64,000 bases of DNA from Clostridia bacterium. Its GTDB lineage: Bacteria > Bacillota > Clostridia > Oscillospirales > CAG-272. The notes under the pieces were generated by a model. That model saw only the letters and a program-made list of their open reading frames with translations. It was not told the DNA's origin and ran no database searches. Location of the stretch: positions 91,890 to 155,889 of the forward strand of contig JAQYLJ010000067.1 of assembly GCA_028720145.1 (NCBI GenBank), read 5' to 3'. The position numbers were made by a program, and so were the translations under genes. Positions 36,510 through 47,513 of the stretch are shown piece after piece; the stretch's first letter is position 1, and each line of letters opens with the position of its first letter.

Positions 36510-39500
36510 GGGTGTCCTCTCCTTTCTTTTCTGCCGTTTCTTCCGAATCTGTCGGAGCGGCTGCCTCGGTCGTATCGGACGGGTCATCGGACGCACTGCC
36601 GTCCGCACGCTGCGATGCGGTCTTTTTCTTTTTGATCACGAGGAGCACGACCGTCACACCGACACCTGCCGTAAGGACGACGGCACCGACCACGATCAGG
36701 ACGATCGCGTAAGTGGGCAGACCGTCGGTCGGACTCTCAATCGGGGGTGTCGGATTGGGGTCATCCGGCGTGTCCGCATTCTGTTCGGCACGGAGTCGTT
36801 TCACCTCGGCGATGGCTCTTTGCAGTTTCGCGACATTTTGGACAAAGGCTTTCTGATCGGAAGAAGTCGCGTTATACATCAGTTCCAGATAGTCCACCGT
36901 TTCCGCATCGGCGAGCGTAATGATTTCGGGGAGGTTCAGGATGCTTTCGTTCAGGGCGGCGGTGCCGTCCGTCATCGAATTGACCTCGGTGCGTCGTGCA
37001 TCTCCCAAGTAGGATTTCCACAGGTAGGTGTCATAGCCTGCCGCGTTCTTGGGTACCGTGATGGTCAGCTGCGCTGCCTTTTCGGCATCGGCATAGTCAT
37101 AGACAAAGTTGCAGTACGACCACCCGTTCACCGCCGCGGAGGAATACAGGCTTTCCAAGGTGGGCGCACCAACGGACAGGAAATCGACAGAGGACAGGGC
37201 AGTACAGCCGTAGAAGGCACCGGCACCGATGGACTTCACCGTGCGGGCAACCGTTACGCTTTCGAGATTGCGGTTGTTGCTGAATGCGTATGCTTCAATC
37301 CGCACGGTCTTATCCAAAACGGTATAGTTCGTATCGGTCTTGCCCGAGGGATAAGCGACAAGCAGGTAGGTGTTGTCGGTCAGTTTTTGATACAGAACAC
37401 CGCAGTCATCCAGGAAGAATCTCTCACTCGCAGGATCAAGCACGATGCTGTCGAGCCATACAAGCGCATCATCCGTGGAGTTGTACGCCTTTGTCGTGAG
37501 GGCGTTCGGCGCCACATAAGTGAGGCTCGCGGGCAGAGAGAGGGAAGAGATCTTGGTGTTGTAGATGGCATAGGAGCCGATGGTTTTGAGGGCGGGGAGA
37601 TCGACAGAGGTAAGAGAACCGGCGTAAGCAAACGCGAGGTCTCCGACCGTCTCACAGGCGGGGAGCGAAACAGAAGAGAGTTTCGTCGCGCGGACGAAGG
37701 CTCCTGTGCCGATATTCACCGCTTTATCGAGCGATACCGAGGTGAGTTCGGTTGCTTCCGCAAAGGCATACGCACCGATTTCGGTCGCGGCAGGCAGGTT
37801 GACCGAGGTGAGAGCGGTCTTTGCAAAGGCATATTCACCCACGGTTTGTACCGTGCGCGCGTCTACGGTTTCAAGAGCTGTACCGACGAACGCATAGTCC
37901 CCGATGGTTTCCACGGCACCGAAAGACAGTGCTTCCAGTTTCTCCGCACCGAAGAAGGCGAATCTGCCGATGGCGGTGACCGCTTCGGGGAGTGTCAGCG
38001 AAACAAGGGAAGTCGCTCCGTAGAAGGCAAAGTCCGGAATCTCCGTCAATCCTTCGGACAGATTCACGGTATCCAGGTTTTCGCACAGAGCAAACGCACC
38101 TTCACCGAGCGCCGTCACGGACGCGGGGAATGTGATGCTCGTCAGCGCCGTATCACCGAAGAATGCGTAGTCGCCGATTTCGGCAACGCCTTCATTCATG
38201 GTAACGGAAGTGAGTGCCGTGCATTCCGCAAACACACCCTCACGGAGTTCGGTGATCCCCGCGGGAATTGTCACAGAGGTGATTCCCGCGTTTTGGGCAT
38301 ACGCATACGCGCCCAAAGATTTCAGACTATCGGGGAGCAGGACGGCGCCGGTCCGATTGCTGTCCGCGAAGGCGTACTCACCAATGGTCTCCACGCCGTC
38401 GGGAACGACAAAGGTCTCCAGGCGGTCGCAGGATGCAAAGGCATAATCACCGATGCGCCTCAGCGAGGTGCCGGGGTAGACTGTCTGAATACCGGAACTC
38501 ATGAATGCGCCCTCGCCGATCTCGGTTACACGGTTGAGGTTGACCGAAATGATGGAGTATACCGTGGAAAGGGCGTAATCACCGATGGTCTTGACCGAAT
38601 CGGGGAGCACAAGTCCCACGATGGACTTGGCAAAGGGACACAGGATCAGTTTCGTCATGTTCTTGTCGTAGAGGATACCGTCCTTTACCGTCAGGTACTT
38701 GCTGCCCTCTTCTACCACGAAGTCGGAGACAAAGACGAGGTAGAACGGGTTTTGACCGACCGAACGGAGGTTGGCATTCGCATTGAAACTGACCGCCTTT
38801 ACATTGCGGCAACCGGCAAAAGCAAAGTCGCCGAGGTATTCACACCCTGCGGGGATATAGACAGAAGTCAGCGCAGAGCAGTTGGTAAACGCGTAGTCGC
38901 CGATATACTTGCAGGACTTTTTGAAGGAGACGTTGGTCAGGGCGCTGGCATAATAGAACGCGGCGGCGTCGATTTCGGTTACGTCGGACTCAAAGATGAC
39001 ATCGGTAAGCCCGGAGCAGTAATAGAACGCGTTTTCTCCGACATAGGTCGCATACAGATTCAGAGAGCGCAGCGAGGAGCACATGGCAAAGGCATAGTCG
39101 GCTATCTTGTTGAGGCTCGAAGTCTTAAGCTCTTCCAGCCCCGTACAGCCTACGAAGCAGTATTTGCCGATCTGCCCAACCGTGCTGATATCCACCGATT
39201 TCAGCGAGGTGCAGAACGAGAACGCACGGTCGCAGATGGTATGGCAGTTCGAGAGATCCAGCTCTTTCAGCGCACTGTCGCCGTAAAACGCCAGTTGACA
39301 GATGGTCTGTACCTGACCGAGGTTGATGATTTCGAGGGATTCGTTATGTCCGAATGCCCACTCGTCGATCTGTTTACAGGTGGAGGGAAGTACGATTTCC
39401 CGCAGATTCTCACAGCCGTAGAAGGCGGCGTATTCGATCTGCTCGACCCCCTCGGGGATGATGACCTTGCGAATGTCTTTGTTGTTGTAGAACGCAAGGC

Positions 39501-42500
39501 GGTAGATTCTCGTCACGCCCTTGTCGGCGGGGATCTCCACGACGCCGTCGGCATCGCCTTTCCCCGTATAGGACTTGAGGTACTGACCGAGATACTCAAA
39601 TTCCTCGGCAATCCCGAAGTTGCAGGTGGCGGAGAACAGGGTCCCCTCTGCCTTTGCCGAGACCAGAGCGGAGCCGGACTCTTTGGCAAACACGGTGCAG
39701 TGATACGGATCGCTCGGATCGGGGGTCAAGGTGATATAGGGAGACCCGTAGGAATCCCAAACGAGATTCGGCAGGGTCGTTGCGTTGTATGGCGCAAAGG
39801 AGGCGTAGAGCTCATAGGTCTCGCCGCGTACCAGGGAGATACGCGTGGCGTTCAGTGTCAGACCGGAGATGGGAATGGTCGTATCCGATGCCTGACCCGA
39901 ACACCGAATGGTAACCTGCGCGGTACTGTTCCCGTCGGGGGTTGCCACGGTGATGATCGCTTCGCCGTTTTTGAGAGGTGTTACAATTCCTCCCTGAACG
40001 GTCGCGACTTCTTCATCGGAAGAGCTCCAAACAAAATCGGTGTAATACACTTCTTTGGGAGAAGTGACGAGGTACTGCGTGGAGAGCAGGTTGATCTGCT
40101 GATAGGGTTTGAGGTTAAAGATAATCTCGTCGCCCTTTTCGGTCGTCTTTCTGCCGTTCTTGATATTCACGGTATCTGCCGTGGATTTTTCCAGCGTCAG
40201 GTCGACGACCGTCCGGTTCTTCGCGTAGTCGTATAGCGTAAATTCAATGTTCTTGGAGCCGGGCGTATCGCCGTCCTTGAGCTTATGCCAGACAGAGGTG
40301 AGGTCGATCGTCACCTTGTTGGAGGTCGCGGCAAGCATATCATCGACGGGGATGAAGCCTTCGATGACCGCCTCGGGGTCAATCGCCACGCCGTTCACGT
40401 CTTTTTCCTCGTAAGTGGACATAAAGTAGCCGGAGAGGAAACGGTTATCGTACACATACAGGTCGAGTAAGTACCGTTCAATGTTGCCTTCCTTGTCTCT
40501 TTCCACACGGAGGTTGGTCTGCTCCATATCCACAACAGGAGCTTCGTTATCAATGTAGAAGGTGAAGGAAAACTCGTTTTTCAGATTGTGCTGTTCTCCC
40601 TCCCAATCCAGCTCACAGGTCATGTTGAACACATATTTGGTGTTGTTGGCAAGACCCGCCGTGGAGGCATCAAATTCCACTTCAATATAGCCGCCCGTTT
40701 GGTTGCCGTTATAATAGGACTTACGGCAGTTCTCGGCGGTCTTTTCAAAGATCACATTCCCCGTGACGGGGTCGACGATCGTCATGTGAACGCTCTTTGC
40801 GTTTCGGAGCAAGCCGGCACTGATGTACTTTAACATGAAGTTCCCGTCGGTGGAAGTGGTGAGTGCACAGTAATCTTCCAGTGTCGCGGGAGCCTCGTAA
40901 CCATCCGCGAGAATGAAGGCGGGCTTGCACATATAATAATAGGAAATTTCGTTTCCGGAATAGAAACCGACCATCGGAATGGTGGCATAGACATCGGCTT
41001 TCAGCTTTTCATCTTCCAGAATGGAGGTATCTTTTGCTTCTTTTCCTTCTTCAAACGCGGTAGCGTCCAGAAGCGGCGCCTTGGTCCAGTCGCCGTAGAA
41101 GGCAAGGTACGGGATCGTGAGATTGGAATCACCGTCCTTGGAAGTGAGGGTGCAGAAGCCCTCGACATACATACCGTTGGCGAAATTGTCATCCATGTAC
41201 TTGCGGTCATTCTCGGAGAGCGTGATCTCTACGGTGATGATCGCTTCACTGTAGCCGAGGACGGATACGGTGTTGCCCACAAGACCGCCGTTCTCCACCG
41301 AGTAGCGAATCTCGGGGGAGAGCATATACGCCTGCTCCGCCACGGTCTTTCCGTCGCTGGAGATCGTCTCGGTCATGGTATACGTGTCGAGAACGTAGGA
41401 GAGAGCGTGGTCGGTGGTATTCTTCAAAGTGAAGACCAGGGTGTACTTACCGGTTTTCTGCGGGTCATCTCCGAGAGAGAGCTTGGCTTTATCCGAGCCT
41501 TCAACGAAAAGATACGCCCCGGACTTAATGGCACGTTCTGCGTCTGCCAGACCGGATCCCTGCTTTCTCGGAGAATAGGGATTGCCCGCTTCATTGCGGA
41601 GGATAGAAGCCGTAGACATGAGGAGGCAGTTCACAAGAGCCGTCACCTCGGAATCGGAGTAAGTGGGATATTTCTGCTTGACATACTGACGGACCAGCGC
41701 GGCAGAGCCGGCGAGGTTCGGGCAAGCCATGGAGGTCCCCGAGAAGACATCATACCCGCCGCGGACGGCAGAGGTGATATCACCGCCGTAGGAGGTGAGG
41801 TCGGGGTTGAGGATCAAGTCGGAGTTCGGACCCCAAGAAGAGAAGTCACTCATAAACGGACCCGCGAGGTTACCCGCGCCGAAGTGGAGGACACCGGTCG
41901 GATGCTCAACAAAATAGGCACCGGCGTCCATGGAGATCGAGCAGGTGGGCAGGGTCGCGTTGGTGATGCTCATACTGATGGTACCGGACACATTGTTATA
42001 GATGATGGCACCGACAGCGCCCTTTGCGGCGGCAATCTGCACCTTTTCTTCAAAGGTCGTGACACCACGCTTGATGATGGCGATCTTACCCGTGACATCA
42101 ATGTTGGCGTAGTTGCCCTCGTTGCCGACACCGGGTACCAATACATATTCATACTGTGCGGTCTCGTTGCCCTTCAGCAGCATATCGTAGAACTCGATAT
42201 CCTTGCCGCCTTTGACGGCTTTCGTCAGATAGACGGGATACTCGCCGTTCACGAGCAGATAGTGCGTTTTCGCTCCGAGCACCGACGCAACCGCCAGAGA
42301 GGAATCATAGGTCGCGGGGGAACCAAGGGTCATGGAGTCGGGATTCGTCTTCAGGTTGGTGTCACCGACATTGGAACCCTTGGCAGAGGAGTGCGAGTTG
42401 GATGCAGCGACAATCAGGTTGATACCCGAGGCACGGACGGCATCATAGACCTCGTTCACGCCCTCTTCATCGGCTGCTCTCGAAAAGCCGCAGGAGGAAC

Positions 42501-43536
42501 CGAGCGACATATTGATGACATCGACGCCAAGCAGAACGGCATCCGACAGAGCCGCGAGGATATCTTCGGTTTCCGCCCCCGCGTCCTCGTTGCCGAACAC
42601 TTTGAAAATGGCAAGCTGAGAATCGATGGCGACGCCGGTGATTGTGTCGTCTTTCCCCGCAATAATGCCGGCGACATGCGTGCCGTGGTCATTGACGGGA
42701 TAGACATCCGTGTCTTTATCGGCATAGTCATACATATAGATGACTTTATCGGAATAGTAGGTTTCTTCCCAGCGGCCCGACTCGTTGAGAGACGAGGCGG
42801 CTAGATAGGGGAAGAGCTCTTCAATATCGTCCTTGGTCAGTTTCAGAGTTCCCTCCGGGAGTCTCTCGAAGGCAGTGTGCGTATAATCCAGACCGGTATC
42901 CAAAATGGCGACAACCATGCCTTCGCCGGTGTAGCCGGCATCCGAAGAATTATAAATGCCGGTTCCATATGCGTTCAGTGCATTATCGGTAGCGGTGGAT
43001 TCCTGCGCGTCGGGGATATAGCGTTCCCCGATGATAGCGGAGGATCCCGCGAACATTCCCTCGATCTTCTCGAGATTCTGATACTCCGTTGTGCAGGAGA
43101 AACCCGAGAACAGCGTGGTATAACGGTGTTTCACATTGGAAATGGAACTGCCCAATTGGCGGATCGCCTCATTTTGAGCGGCGGTCATCTCGGCGATCTT
43201 CGCCTGTCCTTCGCTCGACCGTGCATAATCGGCGACCGAGACGCCGGCTTTCTGTGCGAGGGAGAGAACCGACTCGCCCGACAGTTTCACGATCGCGCTG
43301 ACGCGGTCGGTCGGCGCATAAACCCCCAAATCCTCGGGGGTGAGAGACTGCTGATACGGATTGAGATTCAGTCCCGAGACGGTCGTGTTATCGGCGACCG
43401 GTTCTTTGAGCGCGGGAAATTCATTGAGAAAATCCTCGTCTGACAGCAAAGCGGCAAAGGAGGGCAGAATCAAGGTCTGCAACGCCATGATCAGAACCAG
43501 GCAAACGCAGATGATGTGTGTGAGTTTGTTTTTCAT
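36499..43536 (-). CDS. Cell-envelope subtilisin-like serine protease (S8) with I9-like propeptide, PA domain, Big_2 domains, BspA-type LRR array and C-terminal TM anchor (2345 aa)
   Basis: AAGGA lies 7 nt before ATG 43536, followed by a signal peptide. Catalytic motifs VVAILDTG (Asp codon at 42898-42900), HGTHVAGIIAG and SGTSMACPNLAG. PA-like KIAIIKRGVTTFEEKVQIAAAKGAVGAIIYNN. Big_2-like VWSSSDEEVATVQGGIVTPLKNGEAIITV. LRR units, then C-terminal YAIVLIVVGAVVLTAGVGVTVVLLVIKKKK. Confidence 0.9.
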   Translation of the reverse strand: MKNKLTHIICVCLVLIMALQTLILPSFAALLSDEDFLNEFPALKEPVADNTTVSGLNLNPYQQSLTPEDLGVYAPTDRVSAIVKLSGESVLSLAQKAGVSVADYARSSEGQAKIAEMTAAQNEAIRQLGSSISNVKHRYTTLFSGFSCTTEYQNLEKIEGMFAGSSAIIGERYIPDAQESTATDNALNAYGTGIYNSSDAGYTGEGMVVAILDTGLDYTHTAFERLPEGTLKLTKDDIEELFPYLAASSLNESGRWEETYYSDKVIYMYDYADKDTDVYPVNDHGTHVAGIIAGKDDTITGVAIDSQLAIFKVFGNEDAGAETEDILAALSDAVLLGVDVINMSLGSSCGFSRAADEEGVNEVYDAVRASGINLIVAASNSHSSAKGSNVGDTNLKTNPDSMTLGSPATYDSSLAVASVLGAKTHYLLVNGEYPVYLTKAVKGGKDIEFYDMLLKGNETAQYEYVLVPGVGNEGNYANIDVTGKIAIIKRGVTTFEEKVQIAAAKGAVGAIIYNNVSGTISMSITNATLPTCSISMDAGAYFVEHPTGVLHFGAGNLAGPFMSDFSSWGPNSDLILNPDLTSYGGDITSAVRGGYDVFSGTSMACPNLAGSAALVRQYVKQKYPTYSDSEVTALVNCLLMSTASILRNEAGNPYSPRKQGSGLADAERAIKSGAYLFVEGSDKAKLSLGDDPQKTGKYTLVFTLKNTTDHALSYVLDTYTMTETISSDGKTVAEQAYMLSPEIRYSVENGGLVGNTVSVLGYSEAIITVEITLSENDRKYMDDNFANGMYVEGFCTLTSKDGDSNLTIPYLAFYGDWTKAPLLDATAFEEGKEAKDTSILEDEKLKADVYATIPMVGFYSGNEISYYYMCKPAFILADGYEAPATLEDYCALTTSTDGNFMLKYISAGLLRNAKSVHMTIVDPVTGNVIFEKTAENCRKSYYNGNQTGGYIEVEFDASTAGLANNTKYVFNMTCELDWEGEQHNLKNEFSFTFYIDNEAPVVDMEQTNLRVERDKEGNIERYLLDLYVYDNRFLSGYFMSTYEEKDVNGVAIDPEAVIEGFIPVDDMLAATSNKVTIDLTSVWHKLKDGDTPGSKNIEFTLYDYAKNRTVVDLTLEKSTADTVNIKNGRKTTEKGDEIIFNLKPYQQINLLSTQYLVTSPKEVYYTDFVWSSSDEEVATVQGGIVTPLKNGEAIITVATPDGNSTAQVTIRCSGQASDTTIPISGLTLNATRISLVRGETYELYASFAPYNATTLPNLVWDSYGSPYITLTPDPSDPYHCTVFAKESGSALVSAKAEGTLFSATCNFGIAEEFEYLGQYLKSYTGKGDADGVVEIPADKGVTRIYRLAFYNNKDIRKVIIPEGVEQIEYAAFYGCENLREIVLPSTCKQIDEWAFGHNESLEIINLGQVQTICQLAFYGDSALKELDLSNCHTICDRAFSFCTSLKSVDISTVGQIGKYCFVGCTGLEELKTSSLNKIADYAFAMCSSLRSLNLYATYVGENAFYYCSGLTDVIFESDVTEIDAAAFYYASALTNVSFKKSCKYIGDYAFTNCSALTSVYIPAGCEYLGDFAFAGCRNVKAVSFNANANLRSVGQNPFYLVFVSDFVVEEGSKYLTVKDGILYDKNMTKLILCPFAKSIVGLVLPDSVKTIGDYALSTVYSIISVNLNRVTEIGEGAFMSSGIQTVYPGTSLRRIGDYAFASCDRLETFVVPDGVETIGEYAFADSNRTGAVLLPDSLKSLGAYAYAQNAGITSVTIPAGITELREGVFAECTALTSVTMNEGVAEIGDYAFFGDTALTSITFPASVTALGEGAFALCENLDTVNLSEGLTEIPDFAFYGATSLVSLTLPEAVTAIGRFAFFGAEKLEALSFGAVETIGDYAFVGTALETVDARTVQTVGEYAFAKTALTSVNLPAATEIGAYAFAEATELTSVSLDKAVNIGTGAFVRATKLSSVSLPACETVGDLAFAYAGSLTSVDLPALKTIGSYAIYNTKISSLSLPASLTYVAPNALTTKAYNSTDDALVWLDSIVLDPASERFFLDDCGVLYQKLTDNTYLLVAYPSGKTDTNYTVLDKTVRIEAYAFSNNRNLESVTVARTVKSIGAGAFYGCTALSSVDFLSVGAPTLESLYSSAAVNGWSYCNFVYDYADAEKAAQLTITVPKNAAGYDTYLWKSYLGDARRTEVNSMTDGTAALNESILNLPEIITLADAETVDYLELMYNATSSDQKAFVQNVAKLQRAIAEVKRLRAEQNADTPDDPNPTPPIESPTDGLPTYAIVLIVVGAVVLTAGVGVTVVLLVIKKKKTASQRADGSASDDPSDTTEAAAPTDSEETAEKKGEDTHEE
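37150..39560 (-). repeat. BspA-type LRR array inside the protease gene (protein-level)
   Basis: Runs from VEIPADKGVTRIYRLAFYNNKDIRKVIIPEGVEQIEYAAFYGC to VKSIGAGAFYGCTALSSVDF. Confidence 0.8.
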
Positions 43537-43590
43537 TTTGTAATCCTTATCGTAATTCAAAAACAGTTTCGCGAAGAAAACGATATGACG

Positions 43591-43869
43591 TTATTTAAAG
43601 TAGAAATACCCGATGACATATACCGCTGCCATCACGCCGAGCACAATCAAAAGATAGGGGAGATATGCCTTGTATGCGGCGAAAATCATGGCTCTTGTTT
43701 CTTTCGCCGTCGGGCGAAACGGGTCTTTTTTTTGCTTTTTCTTTTGCTGTTGGCTGTTTTTTCGGTACCAGGGCATGCCCTCGACATTCATGTCGGCAAT
43801 GACTCTGTCGTCGTCCGAGGGCTGCTCAGGCGTGCCGGTTTCCGGCTTTTCTTTTTTTTCGTCACTCAT
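43591..43869 (-). CDS. Small tail-anchored membrane protein (92 aa), function unknown
   Basis: ATG 43869 overlaps the oppF TGA (ATGA). Charged K/Q/E-rich N-terminal part and one C-terminal TM (YLPYLLIVLGVMAAVYVIGYFYF). Confidence 0.6.
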   Translation of the reverse strand: MSDEKKEKPETGTPEQPSDDDRVIADMNVEGMPWYRKNSQQQKKKQKKDPFRPTAKETRAMIFAAYKAYLPYLLIVLGVMAAVYVIGYFYFK

Positions 43870-44922
43870 GCTTGCACCGTTTTGTTATCTGTTGTCGAAG
43901 GGGCAGCATCTTCGGGTGCCGCGGCGGATTCATGCGTCGTATCTTCCTCCGGCTGAGACCCGCAGAGGAAGCAGGCGACCCGGTGACCGTCACCGAGATC
44001 GGTGAGCGCAGGGCGTTTCTCACGGCAGATATCCATGCACCTGGAACAGCGCGTATGGAACTTACAGCCGGGAGGGCAGTTGATCGGAGAGGGAATATCT
44101 CCGTCCAGCACGATACGGTTCACTTTGACATGGGGATCCGGCACCGGAGCGGCAGACAACAGCGCCTGCGTGTACGGATGAGAGGGCGCATCGAAAATCT
44201 GCTTTTTGGTCCCGATTTCCACAAGAGAGCCGAGGTACATGACGCCCACATGCGTGGAAATGTGCTTGACGACCGAGAGGTCATGGGAGATGAACAGATA
44301 GGTCAGTCCCATCTGAATTTGCAATTCTTTCAGCAGATTGACAATCTGCGCTTGAATGGACACGTCGAGTGCGGAGACAGGCTCGTCGCAAACCACGAAC
44401 TCCGGCTCTACGGCAAGTGCACGCGCGATGCAGATTCTCTGCCGCTGACCGCCGGAGAACTCGTGCGGGTAACGGTCATAGTAAAAATCGCGCAGACCAC
44501 ACTTCTTCATAATGTCGAGGACATATGCGTTGATCTCTTCCTTCGGCACGATCTTATGAATGGCGACCGGCTCGGAAATGATCTCACCGACCGTCATTCG
44601 CGGCGGGAGACTGGAATAGGGGTCCTGAAAGACAATCTGCATTTTACGACGCAGAGGCATCAGTTGCTTTTTGGAATAGTGCGTGATGTCCTTGCCGTCG
44701 TAGATGATTTTGCCGCCGGTAATGTCATGCAGATGAAGAATGGTTCTTCCCAGCGTGGTTTTCCCGCAGCCGGACTCGCCGACAATCCCCAAGGTCGACG
44801 CGCGAGGGACGGAGAAGGACACATCATCGACCGCTTTGAGGTAAGACGACGGCCGTCCGAAGAAGTTCTTATCCGCTACAAAATACTTTTTGAGATGCTC
44901 CACTTGAAGGAGGATATCGTTG

Positions 44923-44933
<11 letters not shown>
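43866..44933 (-). CDS. oppF: Oligopeptide ABC transporter ATP-binding protein
   Basis: Walker A GESGCGKTT, signature FSGGQRQRICIARAL, Walker B FVVCDEPVSALD, and the C-terminal oligopeptide-type Cys motif (CPPGCKFHTRC). ATG 44933 gives MENNNDILLQVEHL. Confidence 0.9.
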
Positions 44934-46233
<1,300 letters not shown>

Positions 46234-46251
46234 AATACAGCCTAGCCTCCG

Positions 46252-47499
46252 TTATCGCTTCATTCTGGGGTCGAGCGCATCGCGCAGACCGTCACCGATA
46301 AAGTTGAACGCGAGGACGGCGAGGACGATGCAAATACCAGCGGGAATCCAAATGTTCGGGTAGTTGCTGAGGATGGTCGGCTTCTTGGCTAGGAAGATGA
46401 TATTCCCCCAAGAGGCTTTCGGATACGGTACACCGAGGTCGAGATATCCGAGCGTTGCTTCGTACAGAATCATGCTGCCGAGAGAGAGCGTCATCGACAC
46501 GATGAGCTGCGGCATAATGTTGGGGACAAGGTGTTTGAAGATTCTTCTTCCGTTCGGAACACCGAGCGCTTCGCACGCCGTCATATATTCCTGCTCACGC
46601 AGGGAGAGGATCTGACCGCGCACAAGACGGGCGGCGCCTGTCCAGGAGATCAGTGTCAATACGCCCATCATAATATAAATATTGAAAGATTTATCAATAT
46701 AAATTGCTTGTGCGTCTTCTCCCTTGGCATTGAACGCCGAGAGGATTGCACTGATAATCAGAAGGATAGGCAGGGTCGGAATACAGTTGATGATATCCAC
46801 GATACGCATGATGAGCATATCGACCCATTTGCCGAAGAACCCTGCGAGACCGCCGAGGACGACACCGAGCAAGGTGTTCACCAGCACGACGAGAAGCGAG
46901 AGAGACAGGGAGATTCTGCCGCCGTACATGAGACGGACAAGCACATCGTAACCCATATCGTCTGTCCCCAAAACGTGGACAGCCTTTTTGCCCTCATGAT
47001 TGACCGACACGGTGAAGCAGGGAGCAAATTTGTTTTCCTGATAGGTATGGATATCGATGCGGACCGCCTCGTATGTATTGCCGTCGGCATCTTGGTAGGA
47101 CACAAGCATCGGGATGACTTCTTCACTGCCCGAGTTCTCATCCACCTCTTGCTCGCCCCATCCGACAAAGATCGGACCGACAAAGCAGAAGAGAAGAAGA
47201 AGAATCATGGTCACAAGTCCGACCATCGACAGGCGGGAACGGAAGAACCGCTGCAACACAAGACGCATCGGGGAAATGATGCGTACATTGTCGGCGAAAC
47301 TCTCTTTTTCCTCGTCGTCTTCGTAAGGGGTTACATCCGCAGAGTCCTCGGTCGGGCAGGCAGTGCCGACCTCTTCGGTTGACGCGCTTACATCGGTTGC
47401 TTCGGTCGCGGCATCTGCCCTGGCGACCGTTTCGGTCAGACTCGTTTTTTTGTCCTGCGAAGGAGCGTCTTGCCCTGCGCTGTTATTGTGCGTACTCAA
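46252..47499 (-). CDS. oppC: Oligopeptide ABC transporter permease with an acidic N-terminal extension
   Basis: BPD-transporter core (LLGVVLGGLAGFFGKWVDMLIMRIVDIINCIPTLPILLII...). TTG 47499 lies 9 nt after AAGGAGG, directly downstream of the oppB stop. An internal ATG (MRLVLQRFF) is an alternative start. Confidence 0.8.
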   Translation of the reverse strand: MSTHNNSAGQDAPSQDKKTSLTETVARADAATEATDVSASTEEVGTACPTEDSADVTPYEDDEEKESFADNVRIISPMRLVLQRFFRSRLSMVGLVTMILLLLFCFVGPIFVGWGEQEVDENSGSEEVIPMLVSYQDADGNTYEAVRIDIHTYQENKFAPCFTVSVNHEGKKAVHVLGTDDMGYDVLVRLMYGGRISLSLSLLVVLVNTLLGVVLGGLAGFFGKWVDMLIMRIVDIINCIPTLPILLIISAILSAFNAKGEDAQAIYIDKSFNIYIMMGVLTLISWTGAARLVRGQILSLREQEYMTACEALGVPNGRRIFKHLVPNIMPQLIVSMTLSLGSMILYEATLGYLDLGVPYPKASWGNIIFLAKKPTILSNYPNIWIPAGICIVLAVLAFNFIGDGLRDALDPRMKR

Positions 47500-47513
47500 T
47501 GTGGCTCTCCTCC

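Noticed and set aside
36630-36725. LPTYA string near the protease C-terminus as a possible sortase (LPXTG) signal
   Set aside because: It lacks the Gly. It runs directly into the hydrophobic helix and is followed by a long acidic cytoplasmic tail rather than a short basic stop-transfer tail. It is read as a plain TM anchor.
36508-42804. Long plus-strand ORFs (36508-40236, 41407-42804, 42877-43443) opposite the S8 protease gene
   Set aside because: Same codon-bias artefact. The translations are Arg/Gly-rich with no domains, whereas the minus strand carries an intact subtilase triad, PA, Big_2 and LRR motifs.
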